Assembly (NCBI GenBank): GCA_030141605.1
Contig: JAQGDQ010000212.1
Span: 62,001-126,000 of the forward strand
Source: Tubiluchus corallicola
Taxonomy: Eukaryota > Animalia > Priapulida
Length of the DNA: 64,000 nt
Direction of reading: 5' to 3'
In this document: piece after piece, positions 43,055 through 55,279 of the stretch
Layout of the letters: each line of letters opens with the position of its first letter
How positions within the stretch are numbered: the stretch's first letter is position 1
Translations under genes and position numbers: made by a program
Notes under the pieces: model-generated
What the model was told of the DNA's origin: nothing
The model's database searches: none
The model's input: the letters and a program-made list of their open reading frames with translations, nothing else

Positions 43055-43870
43055 TTCATTTCAAAATTTTGTTTGCTAGTGTTTGCTTTCAAAATTTTGT
43101 TAGCCATTGTTTGCTTTCTCTTGCCTGCTTTCAAAATTTTGCTAGCCATTGTTTGCTTTCTCTTGCCTGCTTTCAAAATTTTGTTAGCCATTGTTTGCTT
43201 TCTCTTGCCTGCTTTCAAAATTTTGCTAGCCATTGTTTGCTTTCTCTTGCCTGCTTTCAAAATTTTGTTTGCTACTGTTTGCTTTCAAAATTTTGTTTGC
43301 TACTGTTTGCTTTCAAAATTTTGTTTGCTACTGTTTGCTTTCTCTTGTCTGCTTTCAAAATTTTGTTTGCTAGTGTTTGCTTTCAAAATTTTGTTTGCTA
43401 CTGTTTGCTTTCTCTTGTCTGCTTTCAAAATTTTGTTTACTAGTGTTTGCTTTCAAAATTTTGCTAGACTTTGTTTGATTTCTCTTGTCTGCTTTCAAAA
43501 TTTTGTTTGCTAGTGTTTGCTTTCAAAATTTTGCTAGACTTTGTTTGCTTTCTCTTGCCTGCTTTCAAAATTTTGTTTGCTAGTGTTTGCTGTCAAAATT
43601 TTGCTAGCCATTGTTTGATTCTCTTGTCTGCTTTCAAAATTTTGCTTGCTACTGTTTGCTTTCTCTTGTCTGCTTTCAAAATTTTGTTTGCTATTGTTTG
43701 CTTTCAAAATTTTGCTAACCATTGTTTTGCTTTCTCTTGCCTGCTTTCAAAATTTTGCCAGCCATTGTTTGCTTTCTCTTGCCTGCTTTCAAAATTTTGC
43801 TAACCATTGTTTGCCCTCTCTTGTCTGCTTTCAAAATTTTGTTTGCTATTGTTTGCTTTCAAAACTTTGT
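43055..43870. repeat. Composite 30/45-bp GCTTTCAAAATTTTG minisatellite in CDA intron 1
   Basis: Directly visible. Confidence 0.93.
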
Positions 43871-44496
43871 ATTCCTTTGTTTACTTTCAAAGCTTCGCTT
43901 GAGTTTGTTTGGTTTCAAAATTTTTCTTTTCCTTAGTTTTCAAATTTTGCTTTTTTTTGAATGCTTTAAAAAAGTAGCTTTCTTTTCTGCCTTTCAAAAT
44001 TTTTCTTTGCTTTTCCTTGCTCTTAAAACTCTTCAAAAACGCTTTTTGCTTTAAAAATTGCCTTCCCCTTTTTCTTCCTTTCATGTCTTTCTTTGTTCTC
44101 AAAACTGCTTTACTCCTGCCTTCAAAATCTTGCATCATTTCGCCTGCTTTTTGTTAGACTAACCGCTGCATCTTTCTCACAAAAACACGGATTCGAACTT
44201 GATTAAATATCACTTTCTCAATAAGATCGGATTTCCGGTTTTGCACTGTCTTTCGTTCTTGATGTTAATGCGATTTCGTATTCGTAATCGTCTAGTGGGC
44301 GCTTCAGTTTTTCTTTAAGGTGAATGACTGCACTCTGTCAGCAGGTCAGTTTGTTCGAATATTCTCTAAAAAACTGGTGTTATAGGGCACCCTGTTTTCT
44401 AAAAGAAATTAATTTTCTACAAGGCATAAAGAGAAGTTGTTTAGGACACCTATTTTCACAAACGCTGATAATTGTTTTTTGGAAAGCACATGTTCA

Positions 44497-44905
44497 AAAC
44501 CGCTTTCATAATTTCTTTGGGATGGTCCAAGTACAAAAACGCTTGCATAAGTTCTTTGGCAATGTCCAAGTACAAAAACGCTTGCATAAGTTCTTTGAGA
44601 AAGCTTAAGTACAAAAACACTTGCCTAAGTTTTTTGGCAATGCCCAAGTACAAAAAAGCTTGCATAAGTTCTTTAAGAAGGCTTAAGTACAAAAACGCTT
44701 GCATAAGTTCTTTGAGAAGACTCAAGTACAAAAACGCTTGCATAAGTTCTTTGAGAAGGCTTAAGTACAAAAACACTTGCCTAAGTTTTTTGGCAATGCC
44801 CAAGTACAAAAACGCTTGCATAAGTTCTTTAAGAAGGCTTAACTACAAAAACGCTTGCCTAAGTTTTTTGGCAATGCCCAAGTACAAAAGCGCTTGCATA
44901 AGTTG
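44497..44905. repeat. 39-bp minisatellite in CDA intron 1
   Basis: Unit aagtacaaaaacgcttgcataagttctttgagaaggctt and variants. Confidence 0.93.
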
Positions 44906-45360
44906 TTTTCAAAATGCCCATAGAAGTTCCTATATATATATATTATTACATATACATATAAATAAGTAGCATTTTCATAAATGTTTACTCTGCAATTCCC
45001 TCCAGGCATTTTTATTTAACACAACAATTCCTAGCACCTACAATTTCCTTTCATATAAAAGCTTTTTTGCACTCCTCTCTTCAAGCTAAAAGGGCTGCAC
45101 AATCAACTCGCTTTTGTGTCGCTGTACCTGGAAATCTTTGAAGTCGCGTGCTACGGTGTAGATGAGAAAGATTGCGTAATTATAAAAGCTTCATCAATTA
45201 TGTTACTGAAAACCCTCTGCGTTGAAAAAGTGCTTACTGCGCTAATAACTATAAAAACAAAAAAGGCCAAATTATGTCTCTTTTCTTGCCAATAGGTGAC
45301 GCCACACGACAATGGTAAAGTGTCTATTGACGCTCAACTTTTTTGCCTTGTTCAGTTTAG

Positions 45361-45558
45361 TAAGCCTTTGGACAGTTCCAGCGATTAATGATGACCGTGA
45401 AAAGGTCAAGGGTTAAGTGTACCCTTGATAACGTACTTGACAACGCCTCGCAGCCCATGCTGTTGTAACTGTAACAGTTTTAATCTTACCTAGTTCATTT
45501 TACCTACAGCGTTTGACCTACAGCAACTGCGCATGCGCACAACAAAATTCTGAAAACA
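45361..45558 (+). mobile_element. Same MITE family, internally deleted copy in CDA intron 1
   Basis: Shares gtgaaaaggtcaa, gacaacgcctcgcagccc and tgacctacagcaactgcgc blocks. Confidence 0.75.
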
Positions 45559-45743
45559 GTTATTATCTTGTGCTTTAATCAAATTAAAATTTACTGACAG
45601 CATGAAAGCTTTTAGGAATTTTCACAGCAACCAACAAATTTTCTGCTTTATTGTTTATTTTTCGTTTTTATTTTTCTTCCAGAAATTATTGCCTTGTGTC
45701 AATTTTGCTTTAAAACTTCACAGTATATTACTATTTTTTGTAG

Positions 45744-45892
45744 CAACAGCCGTGAATCCTGCTAAACGGTTTGGAGTTCCTCTGGAAGTCGAAGATGAGT
45801 GTAATCCAAACATAGGCGGCGCCACTTTCGTTGCTGATTCACGTGATTGTCAAACGTTTTACGTGTGTGACCACGGCTGGCCAGTGCTCTCT
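45744..45892 (+). CDS. CDA-like exon 2: N-half of a CBM14/peritrophin-A (ChtBD2) chitin-binding domain
   Basis: Acceptor TTTTTTGTAG, donor TCT|GTAAGT. Encodes ...ECNPNIGGATFVADSRDCQTFYVCDHGWPVLS with the DCxxFYxC motif. Confidence 0.92.
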
Positions 45893-46024
45893 GTAAGTGT
45901 TTATATACGTAGGCTAGGAGCTGTACGTAATTACATTATTGTTAAGGGCCTACATACGTCTGCTATTCCAAAGTTTAAAGGACAGGAAAAGGGAATTTTA
46001 AAGTGGATCCCAAAAATTTGTTTA

Positions 46025-46452
46025 CGTTATAACCGAACAAAAGTTTATTAAAACTTCCAATTCACATTACATTCTCTTTGGAATTCTCTACCATTACAGG
46101 TTAAACAAATCAAGTCCCATCAGCATTTAAAGCAAAATTAAAATCACTAATATTAACCAGATATGAAATACCATCACACCAGTACGACAACATACACACT
46201 AATTCAGAATTTTTATATCCACGGCCATATTAATTAAATCTTAATTTTTTCATTTTTTGTGCATAGTTGTAAATATGTTTGATTTTATTCGTCGTTACTT
46301 TCCATTACTGCACAGTAGTTTAGATTGCACTGACGCATTTGCCTTTAGCAGTGCAAGTTTTTATTAACTAACACTGATTGATCATCTCTGTAAAGTTTTT
46401 ATCAGTGATTAGCAAATATATTTTAATGGCAAATAAACATTATTATATATTA
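46025..46452 (+). mobile_element. Diverged 3' copy of the same LINE group in CDA intron 2
   Basis: WNSLPLQVKQIK and FLYPRPY* remnants, gacgcatttg block, ggcaaataaa tail. Confidence 0.65.
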
Positions 46453-46454
46453 TA

Positions 46455-46945
46455 AATACATAGTCAAAAATCACGCTAGACGTTTCCACAGAGCTACTAC
46501 TGTCATCATCAGTGGCAAATTTTACAAACATACAACCTGTTTATATAGGAAAAGCCTATAGAACATTATGCATTAAGTATTTTACACAAGTCATCGGAAA
46601 TGAATAAGCAGACCAGTGAAGAAATTTTTTACAGTAAATTATGCAATAATTATGTATTCACAAAAGCCAAACAGGTAACGATTAAACAGGCCTGAAGAAA
46701 ATAAATTGATACAGTAACAAATAGCCAAGTGTTTGAACACAAAGTTAAAGGAATTTAATTGCTTTATACATCAAGAAAAGGTTTATTGGGGTACATAGAT
46801 GAACTTTCTTTTATTGATAAGTCCCAGTTATTTGTATTTCTGGTCACAATGCTGAAATTATAAAAACCAGCTTTGTGGCCTGAGGCACAAATATGGTCAT
46901 TAATGCTGGATACTTTTGCATTGTCCTCATTAATATTTGTCGTTA
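46455..46945 (-). mobile_element. Penelope-like element 3' fragment (GIY-YIG C-terminus plus hammerhead-like motif)
   Basis: The minus strand reads SSINDHICASGHKAGFYNFSIVTRNTNNWDLSIKES...KPFLDV*SN*IPLTL, matching the PLE endonuclease tail. Downstream is CCACTGATGATGACAG...CTGTGGAAACGTC. Confidence 0.75.
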
Positions 46946-46949
46946 ATGC

Positions 46950-47345
46950 TTTTAGCATTTCGCTTACCTGCTTGAAAGAAACCAGCTTGTTACATAAATC
47001 GGAAAGAAAATAATTGCTCAAACTGGCTAGACGCCACAGCATCACCTTCCCAGTGTGCACTGCTGAGTCACGAGAAAAAACAAGTTATTTGTTAGTGAAG
47101 AGTGTGATACGAATGTTCTGATTATATTTTCAAAGTTTAGATAATTTTGTCTAATTTTTTTTCAAATGGCTTACCGTCAAAATGGCTGCTAAAACGGTCA
47201 TGACTGGAGTTTAGATTTACGAGTTTTATATAACGTTACTGCTAGTACAAGCTCTGTATACAATAAGGCGTTATGCATTTGATGATACAAAATTTCAAGA
47301 CGACTTTTTAGCTTCACTAAAATAAAGTGACTCCTTATGCAATAA
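46950..47345 (+). mobile_element. Kolobok-like family B, diverged fragment
   Basis: Shares tttcgcttacctgct, aaaatggctgc and gagtttagatttac blocks with 3190-3860. Confidence 0.55.
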
Positions 47346-47845
47346 CGAAAAGAGAGTAAAGGTGTGCCAACTAGCAGTACGAATTATAACTAGAACTTTT
47401 AATACGCTATCGCGCCATTAGCTGTTGCCCTACTTTTCATGCGTGGGACATGAGTGACATCTAGAATCATAATTTGTAATGAAGTATTGCATTACTACCT
47501 TTAATGTTTAAGAGTGCATAGTTGATGACTCCTAGTAGTAGAAATAAGAACAAAACCACTGGACGTATCAGCAGCGGTTAATTAGACTGTAAATACAGAA
47601 GTTTGTAAAAATATTGTGAATGGTGCTGACATCTAGTAGAAGAAATTGTAGTTAACGGTCTATATATTAACTAGAACTGCCTGTTGAAGACTAATGTTCA
47701 CTGATGTTTCATTCATGTTTCATTCACGTTTCTCTCATGTTTCTCTCATGTTTCACTCATGTTTCATTCACGTTTCTCTCATGTTTCTCTCATGTTTCAC
47801 ACATTTCACTCATGTTTCACTCATGTTTCGATGTTCTTTTTACAG

Positions 47846-47987
47846 AGATGCCCAGCTGATAGCGTTTGGTCCCAAATAAACAGACACGAGGGTCAGTGCG
47901 AGGCGCCCCACGAAGCAGTCAACAGCGCTTGTGGGCACGTACCCCCACCACCACCTCCAGAAGTGCAAGTAGAGCCACCTATCGATC
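47846..47987 (+). CDS. CDA-like exon 3: C-half of CBM14 and proline-rich linker
   Basis: Acceptor TTTTTACAG, donor C|GTAAGT. Encodes RCPADSVWSQINRHEGQCEAPHEAVNSACGHVPPPPPPEVQVEPPID, completing the six-Cys CBM14. Confidence 0.92.
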
Positions 47988-48319
47988 GTAAGTTATCCAC
48001 ATATCGAATACGTCCTAAAATATACTGTTGATTGAATAATTTTAATTTCAAGTAAATTTAACTTTTTATCAGCCATTTAGTAGCTGGTATAAGCTTGCAT
48101 AAATTTCGAAAGGTTGCAAAAAATAGAATACCACACCTCCTTTTTCCTATCGAAAGAATTACTTCTACAACATTAACGTCTCTTCCCTCTTTCTTCCTTT
48201 TTACATTTCTCTTTCTCCCTGAATGTTCCATGTTCTTTCGAAGTTTTTCTTCCCCGCTCTTTCTTTTTCCCTCACTTTTTTCGTTCTTCTGCTAAGCCCT
48301 TCATTCTCTTTCTTTCTAC

Positions 48320-48726
<407 letters not shown>

Positions 48727-48790
48727 GTATAAGGTTTACCTCCTGATTAGCACCTGCATTTCTGTAACAATATCCACGTATCTATTACAG

Positions 48791-49071
48791 CCTTCAGAAG
48801 CTGTGATTTTCAATGTGACAACGGACGTGAGTGTATCGTCCAAGAAGCCCTGTGTAATGGCATCAGGGACTGCAGTGACGGCTCAGATGAAGCCAGTTGC
48901 GCAGCTCCTTGCGATCCGCGCACCTGTCGTCTTCCGGACTGTCGCTGCTACGGGACAGACATCCCGGGAGGATTGAGACCGTCCGAAACACCTCAATTCG
49001 TCATGCTCACGTGGGAGTCTGCCATCCGCTTGGAGGACTACAATCACTTGTTTCAACAAATCTTGAACAAG
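48791..49071 (+). CDS. CDA-like exon 4: LDL-receptor class A repeat and start of the CE4 domain
   Basis: Acceptor TATTACAG, donor AAG|GTAAGA. Encodes CDFQCDNGRECIVQEALCNGIRDCSDGSDEASC (LDLa), then PCDPRTCRLPDCRC...IPGGLRPSETPQFVMLTWESA. Confidence 0.95.
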
Positions 49072-49279
49072 GTAAGAGAAAATCTTGAACTGGAATGTAG
49101 TTCAACATGTTGCCGGATAGGAACTTGTTTGATTATTCTCACAATTTATGGCACTTATTCAATTCAATTTAATTCAGTTCAATTCCGTTTTGTTCTGCTT
49201 AATACAATTAAATTCAGTACAAATTAATTCGCTTTAGTTCAATAAAATTCATTTCAATTCTTTAAATTTAATTTACTTC

Positions 49280-49545
49280 AACTCAATTCAATTCCATTTA
49301 TTCCATATCCGCTTAAGTGGCCTACAAAAATTTGTTGCTGAGGCGAAACTGAGACCTTGCTCACTATCAAACATAAGACAAGGCATTGAAGAGGCAGAAC
49401 GGTGCTTTAAGGGCAAATAGCCTGGCAAATGAAACCGTCCAGTGCAGCAGCAAGCACGGCAGTCTCCCTACCAATCACTGATCGTCCTCGGTGTGGCTCA
49501 ACTTTTATCATCATGAACGTGCAGTTATAGACACGCCCGTCCGGA
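49280..49545 (-). mobile_element. Diverged 5S-derived SINE-like element (third family) in CDA intron 4
   Basis: The minus strand has AGTTGAGC-22 nt-TGGTAGGGAGACTGCC and ends in AATAAA plus a (GAATT)n tail. Ends are approximate. Confidence 0.45.
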
Positions 49546-49553
49546 TAGAATTA

Positions 49554-50036
49554 CCGTATTTTCCCGTGTATAAGAGACCCTTTTTTGCTCAGAATTTTCA
49601 CTTTAAAAATAGGGGGTCTCTTATACATGGGAGTAAGTCTTTTCAATAAGATGCGTAAATTGTGACACTAATGATTTTAAAGAAATAAGTGCTCTACAAC
49701 TGTTTTATTTCGAATAATTATAGTTTCCTTTCAATAAATCTTCTCCATGGCTAAATTCTAATGATAAAATTAATGTACCGGGTAAGTTATTATTTTTTTA
49801 AATGTCAAAAGAGGACAATGCCATTTTTGAGCAGAGTGACTCCTCTGATGATGAACTGGCTGGAATTGCTGAAGGTCTGACTCCAGTTGATATTTTTGAT
49901 GAGAGTGATGAGGAATTTAATGATTTCTATGATGAATAAAGTTATTCATTACCAAAAAACTTTTTTCCAGAATTTTTGCCTAAAAATTGAAGGGGTCTCT
50001 TATACACAAGGGTCTCTTATACATGGGAAAATACGG
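49554..50036 (+). mobile_element. Tc1/mariner (Tc2/pogo-like) MITE
   Basis: TA TSD and 27-bp TIR CCGTATTTTCCCGTGTATAAGAGACCC. Internal acidic transposase-tail remnant EDNAIFEQSDSSDDE...FDESDEEFNDFYDE*. Confidence 0.9.
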
Positions 50037-50065
50037 TACTAACAATTCTTAACGTGTTACTTTAG

Positions 50066-50214
50066 GTTAACAGACAGAGACAGCGAGAGAGGCGCCTGAA
50101 CCCAGACGGATGTCCAATGGCGGGAACCTTTTTCGTCAGTCATCAGTTTACTGACTACGTAGCTGTACAGGATCTGCACCGTGATGGCAACGAGATTGCC
50201 TCATTTTCCATCAG
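50066..50214 (+). CDS. CDA-like exon 5
   Basis: Acceptor TTACTTTAG, donor CAG|GTAGGC (phase 2). Encodes ...RLNPDGCPMAGTFFVSHQFTDYVAVQDLHRDGNEIASFSIS, matching the NPNGCxxxxTFFVSHxYTxY block of animal CDAs. Confidence 0.95.
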
Positions 50215-51068
50215 GTAGGCGGAAGTCGGCGGTTTATTTGTCACCCAGTTAAATGACTAGCATCTTTGTTGTTGTGACAAGACTGGCACCTTTAACTCAT
50301 TTTCTGGATAAAATAAGACGCTATATTCGTAAATCACAAGAATTTCATTTCTCTGAATCTTTATTCCAACTTTTCAAATTCACAGTTTCCATCTTTCTAC
50401 TGTAGCTGCTCTGCACGTGTTTTGATATTGAATTCGTATTCAACTATTTTGCATATCGAAGAGTGTTGCATATTGCCAATGTTGACACTGAGGAAGCAAC
50501 CTCCAATAGGCCGAAAGATATCCGTTTCTTAGCGAATAAAAGCACAATTTATTGATTTTAAATCCATCTACAACTTTTATTTTATTAGTATTAATTACTA
50601 CTAATCAAAGAATAAACGCAATAGAATAAGAAAGGGTTAATACATTAATAGTCAGCACAAAAGATTTCTTTGTATCTGTACATCTGACTGTGAAAACGCT
50701 ACCATTAATGTCTAAGATAAATAGATTGGTCCAAATTTGTCATGAAAAGCGGTCTTCTGGAATAAAACCACGATTGGCTGGACAATTCTCTAAACCGTTG
50801 GCTACTTAGCAGAGAAGCCATTTCATGTGATTAAGTACTGAGGCCATCAGGCTCATGCCTGAAGAGGTGAAAGATTCATAGACGAAGACCGATGGCGACC
50901 AAGCCTAGGCCCTCTTTAGTGAATTCATTAAATCTGTTACTTGATGTTTTCTAAAAAAATGTCTTTAATCATTTGTCCTAAAACATTAGGATAAGTGTTA
51001 AACATTAGTGAAACGTTTCGAAACTTCTTCATAAATGACGTTCATTTTCCCACTGTTTTCTTTTTCAG

Positions 51069-51876
51069 TCACAACAGTGACTTGGAATATTGGAGAGATG
51101 GGAGCACAGCAAGATGGGCAGCAGAAATGGCAGGGGAACGTACCATCTTAGGTAATTTGGGCTTCGTAAAGGATTCTGACGTCAGAGGTGCCAAGGCTCC
51201 GCTCCTTCAGATGGGCTGTAACCGTCAATTCCAGGCACTCCATGACAACAACTTCCTCTATGACATGTCCTGGCCCGATCCGAGGATCGACGTTCCAGCT
51301 TGGCCATACACGCTGGACTACAGGAGTCCTCAGCAATGCGTCATCCATCCCTGCCCAACTGCTTCCTTCCGCGGATTCTGGGAGGTTCCTCTGGTCAACT
51401 ATCTGGACACTAACGACACACTCTGCGCCGAGGTGGACAACTGTTACTACCCCACCAGCAAGCGGGAGGCGCTTGAGTTGCTCAGGTCAAACTTTCAACG
51501 TCATTACCGCAGCAACCGTGCTCCATTCCCGCTAGCCCTGAGAGCAAGATGGTTCTACGAGGGACAGCACACCATGGAAGCCTTCCAGGAGTTCGTTGAT
51601 GAACTTCTAGGTTTGGGAGACGTCTTCTTCGTCACCGTCAACCAGGTCATCGACTGGATCAAGAACCCAACACCTCTTAACCAGATGGGCAACTTCTTCA
51701 ACTGTGACTTCAGTGACCGACCGCCAATTTGCAGGGAGCCACAAACGTGCGTCTACCAGAATATCACCTATGAGCCAAATTCCATCGAACACCAGGGCGA
51801 TCGTTACGTTGAGACGTGTGCCAACCAATGTCCTCCGAGGTACCCCTGGGTCAACAACCCAGAAGGAAGACCTTGA
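51069..51876 (+). CDS. CDA-like exon 6 (terminal): remainder of the CE4 polysaccharide-deacetylase domain. Joined CDS is 1569 nt / 522 aa
   Basis: Acceptor TTTTTCAG. Contains WAAEMAG, WPYTLDY, GFWEVPL, NFQRHYRSNRAP, DVFFVTVNQVIDWIKNPTPL and CPPRYPWVNNPEG, then stop. Exon lengths 40+149+142+281+149+808 keep the frame. Confidence 0.97.
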
Positions 51877-51993
51877 AAACACATGGTATGATTGAGCAGG
51901 TTGTAGCCATTCAGCTACTTCATGGCTATAACTCACACGATTTTTATGATCCTTTGACCACAGGCCTGTTTCTTCGATCGTTATGTGATAATG

Positions 51994-51999
51994 AATAAA
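51994..51999 (+). terminator. Proximal polyadenylation signal of the CDA-like gene
   Basis: AATAAA 118 nt after the stop codon, followed by a GT/T-rich tract. A second AATAAA lies near 52498. Confidence 0.6.
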
Positions 52000-52133
52000 A
52001 TACTTTGAGTTTGAAGTTGGTTGTTGGTGAGATAAGTTTTTCTATCATTTTGTTTTTAGCAAGAATGTTATGGTAATTTTAAGCTTGAGCTTGAAAATAA
52101 GATAGCGCCCTTCTGTGACTTGCCATGCTTATA

Positions 52134-52305
52134 ATCATAAAGAAGACAAAGTGCCCTTTAAATCTTATAAAACTTTTATTTTTCCAGTAGCTTTTGTTTT
52201 TCGTGGACTTCACGGACTCATAGCAGACGAAGTCCATAAGGAACGAAAGCTTCTGGAAAAATAAAAGTTTTTGAGATTTATAGGGCACTTCATCTTCTTT
52301 ATGAT
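52134..52305. repeat. Near-perfect long inverted repeat (about 75-bp arms, short loop)
   Basis: atcataaagaagacaaagtgccctttaaatct...gtggacttc / gaagtccat...agatttatagggcacttcatcttctttatgat. Confidence 0.88.
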
Positions 52306-53029
52306 AATGTTCAATATTTTGGCTTGTAACAAACTCATTTTTCCCTGTTTATGTAGCCAATCTTATTGTAGCATTTGTTACTTTTTAATGTCATTGTTGT
52401 TGTTGTTGATATACTGTTACTGTTGTTAGTTGACCCAAAGTTTTCAAGCATCTTGAGAAATCTTTGTGCTCTTGTTTTGTTTCCAGTTATTTATTTCAAT
52501 AAACTTTGTTACCGTTGTTGATCAAATCAGTCTTTTTTTATTTTAATGTTTGAGTGTTTGTACAACAGAAGTGACTGCTTTGTGATGCATTACTCGACTT
52601 GGTCAAGTTTAATATTGCTGGTGAACACTAACTGCACGACTTACCTTACTCGTTTAGCCTTCTCGCGAAGTATCTAAGTCGACATGTGCACATGCCTCTT
52701 GCTACATCCACATTCATTCGAATAATTGACAGACCGTTTAACCGATCCTGGGTAATCGTCGAACGATTGTCGGTTTTGATATTTTTAATGCACTGAAAGA
52801 GCGTTCACATTTCAAAATTGTATGGTTGATAAATTGTGTGCATCCAAGCTACAAATTACAGAATTAGGCCTGCCCTTACTTCTTCTACGCACTAGAATGG
52901 ATATTGGGTCAAACGACACCATTTCACAGCAATGCTCATACATATTTTACAAAAAATTTTGTACATTATACAACTTTCACATTGTACTGATACAGTGAAG
53001 GTTGGCCAAAAATTTGCAAAAACTGTATG

Positions 53030-53270
53030 TGTGGATGCTTGCGTGATGCGTTTGCGTGAATGCTTGCGTGATGCGTTTGCGTGATGCGTTTGCGTGAAGG
53101 CTTGTGTGATGCGTTTGCGTGAATGCTTGTGTGCTGTGCATGTGTGGATGCTTGTGTGATGCCTTTGCGTGAATGCTTGTGTGATGCGTTTGCGTGAATG
53201 CTTGTGTGATGCGTTTGCGTGAATGCTTGCGTGTTGCGTTTGCGTGAATGCTTGTGTGATGCGTATGTGC
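53030..53270. repeat. ~25-bp minisatellite (tgcgtttgcgtgaatgcttgtgtga)
   Basis: Directly visible. Confidence 0.9.
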
Positions 53271-53961
53271 ATAATGCATATTAATTAAACAATATTTGCT
53301 CGTGTATTTATGCTTGAACGTGCAATGTTTTCATAGAATCACAAAGTGATACTTATGACGATGATGATGACGACAATGACATCGACACTAATACTTTTGG
53401 AAAAAATTACAGTTACAGTATTTTTGTGAATTTAAATCACAATAGAAGTTTATTCTGTAGCAACACAACAATGTTTTGCGTATCAGAAACTTTGCTTTTA
53501 TGTTTTTCTCCTTTTCTACATTTTCTGCTTTCCCTTCCTCTTTTTTCTCAATATTCTTCATCACTGTCACAAGTTTGCTAATACATCGACGAGAGATGCT
53601 AGCAACGACAATAATAACAATAGAAGTGGTTGTGGTGTAGTAACAACCATGCTAGAATAACTCTGCTGTGCTTATAGCAGTAGCAACTTTTCATTTTACC
53701 AAAATATTCTTGCGCAACAGCTGGAATACAAATTGCACGGCAGTGAAGTGGTTAAAGAAAAACAACCGCAATCAAAAACTGATCCATCAAAATCATTTCT
53801 CAAAAATTGTAATAGAGATTTTTTTCCATTTGTGAAACAAAGTATAGCCGCAGGGGCCGCCATCTTGCAATCGGGTAATCGTCCGGTGTTAGAAATTCCG
53901 AAATTGAAAACAGCTGAACATCGGCACCGAGCCGCACAAGGCAAACGGCGCGCGTGCGGCA

Positions 53962-54160
<199 letters not shown>

Positions 54161-55279
54161 GGCAGTATGTTTCGCATAAAGCAAAAAAATGTTAACTTGG
54201 CGCGAGGCCCCCCTGGAGGGTGAGGCCCCGGGGAAGCATCCCCACTCCCCCGACCTGAATTAGGCCCTGTTTGCAGTACTACATAGGTGGCTACAGAGTA
54301 CACTTGTTACAATTCTATCAAAAGTATGAGCTTAATATCTGATATCCAAAATTGCTTCCTTTATGTTATATACGCCAAATGTTGCGTAAGTAGTTCACGA
54401 CTTTGTCGATGTTAAATGTTGTAATGTTGTCGATACACACAGAATTCATTTAAAATAAACTTGCCAGAATCTAATGTGTTCCATGCTAGTTCTACGGAAC
54501 ACGTGTTGTCGTGTTAGTCACTATTTGAACCGACGAGGCCATTCCATACTAGCTACTTACAGCTGCTATATAATGGCTTTGCAATGGATCGAATCGTCAA
54601 AATATGGAGATTGGAGGCATGAAAATAACTGGCATTTTGCTATCTTAACTCAACCCTTTACTGTGTAGTTCGTTCTCGAACCAGCATGGAATACACAAAC
54701 GAAAGAAAGCCCTTTTATTTTTAAAATTGAATTTTGTCAAGTTGAATTTTCCCATAAAGCTTATCGCAAGGATTCGAGAAGGTGCGTATCATATGTAAAA
54801 AGTTTGCAGTAGTGAAAGTCGCATAACGCCTACACAACTGTAATCCGGAAGATGTATAACGCTTACTTATTTGGAAAAATATTATAAAAATATTACAAAA
54901 ATGCATTAAGTTTATTACAAGAAGGTAAGCAGAAAAAATTAATCTGGCAAAATTAATTGACAGTTCGAAATAATTTTACAGCAAATCGCAAGAAAATTTA
55001 AATTAGTTGGCTTTAAGGTCCAGAGGTCTGGTCACGTCTGGGCCGGGTTCAATTCGTGTAAAAGTTAGCTGGTACACTGGTTTAGAAAGCTAATTAAAAA
55101 CGATGTTCTTTTGACGACATGGCGGAGGTGTCCAAAGAGAAGACCGCGCACGATTGCTTCAGCGTTTCCACAGGCGAATGGTTGCTGTTCTGGTCGCTCT
55201 TCTGATTACGTCTGATTACTGCTAGACGCTTTTGGTAACACTATAATAATATAACGCAACATTTATACAATAGAAGAAT

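Noticed and set aside
50850-50915. Second hammerhead candidate (CCTGAAGAGG...GACGAAGACC)
   Set aside because: No GAAA box in the right position and no convincing stems.
54325-54345. U2 snRNA-like GCTTAATATCTGATA
   Set aside because: Only about 15 nt match, with no branch-recognition region or Sm site context.
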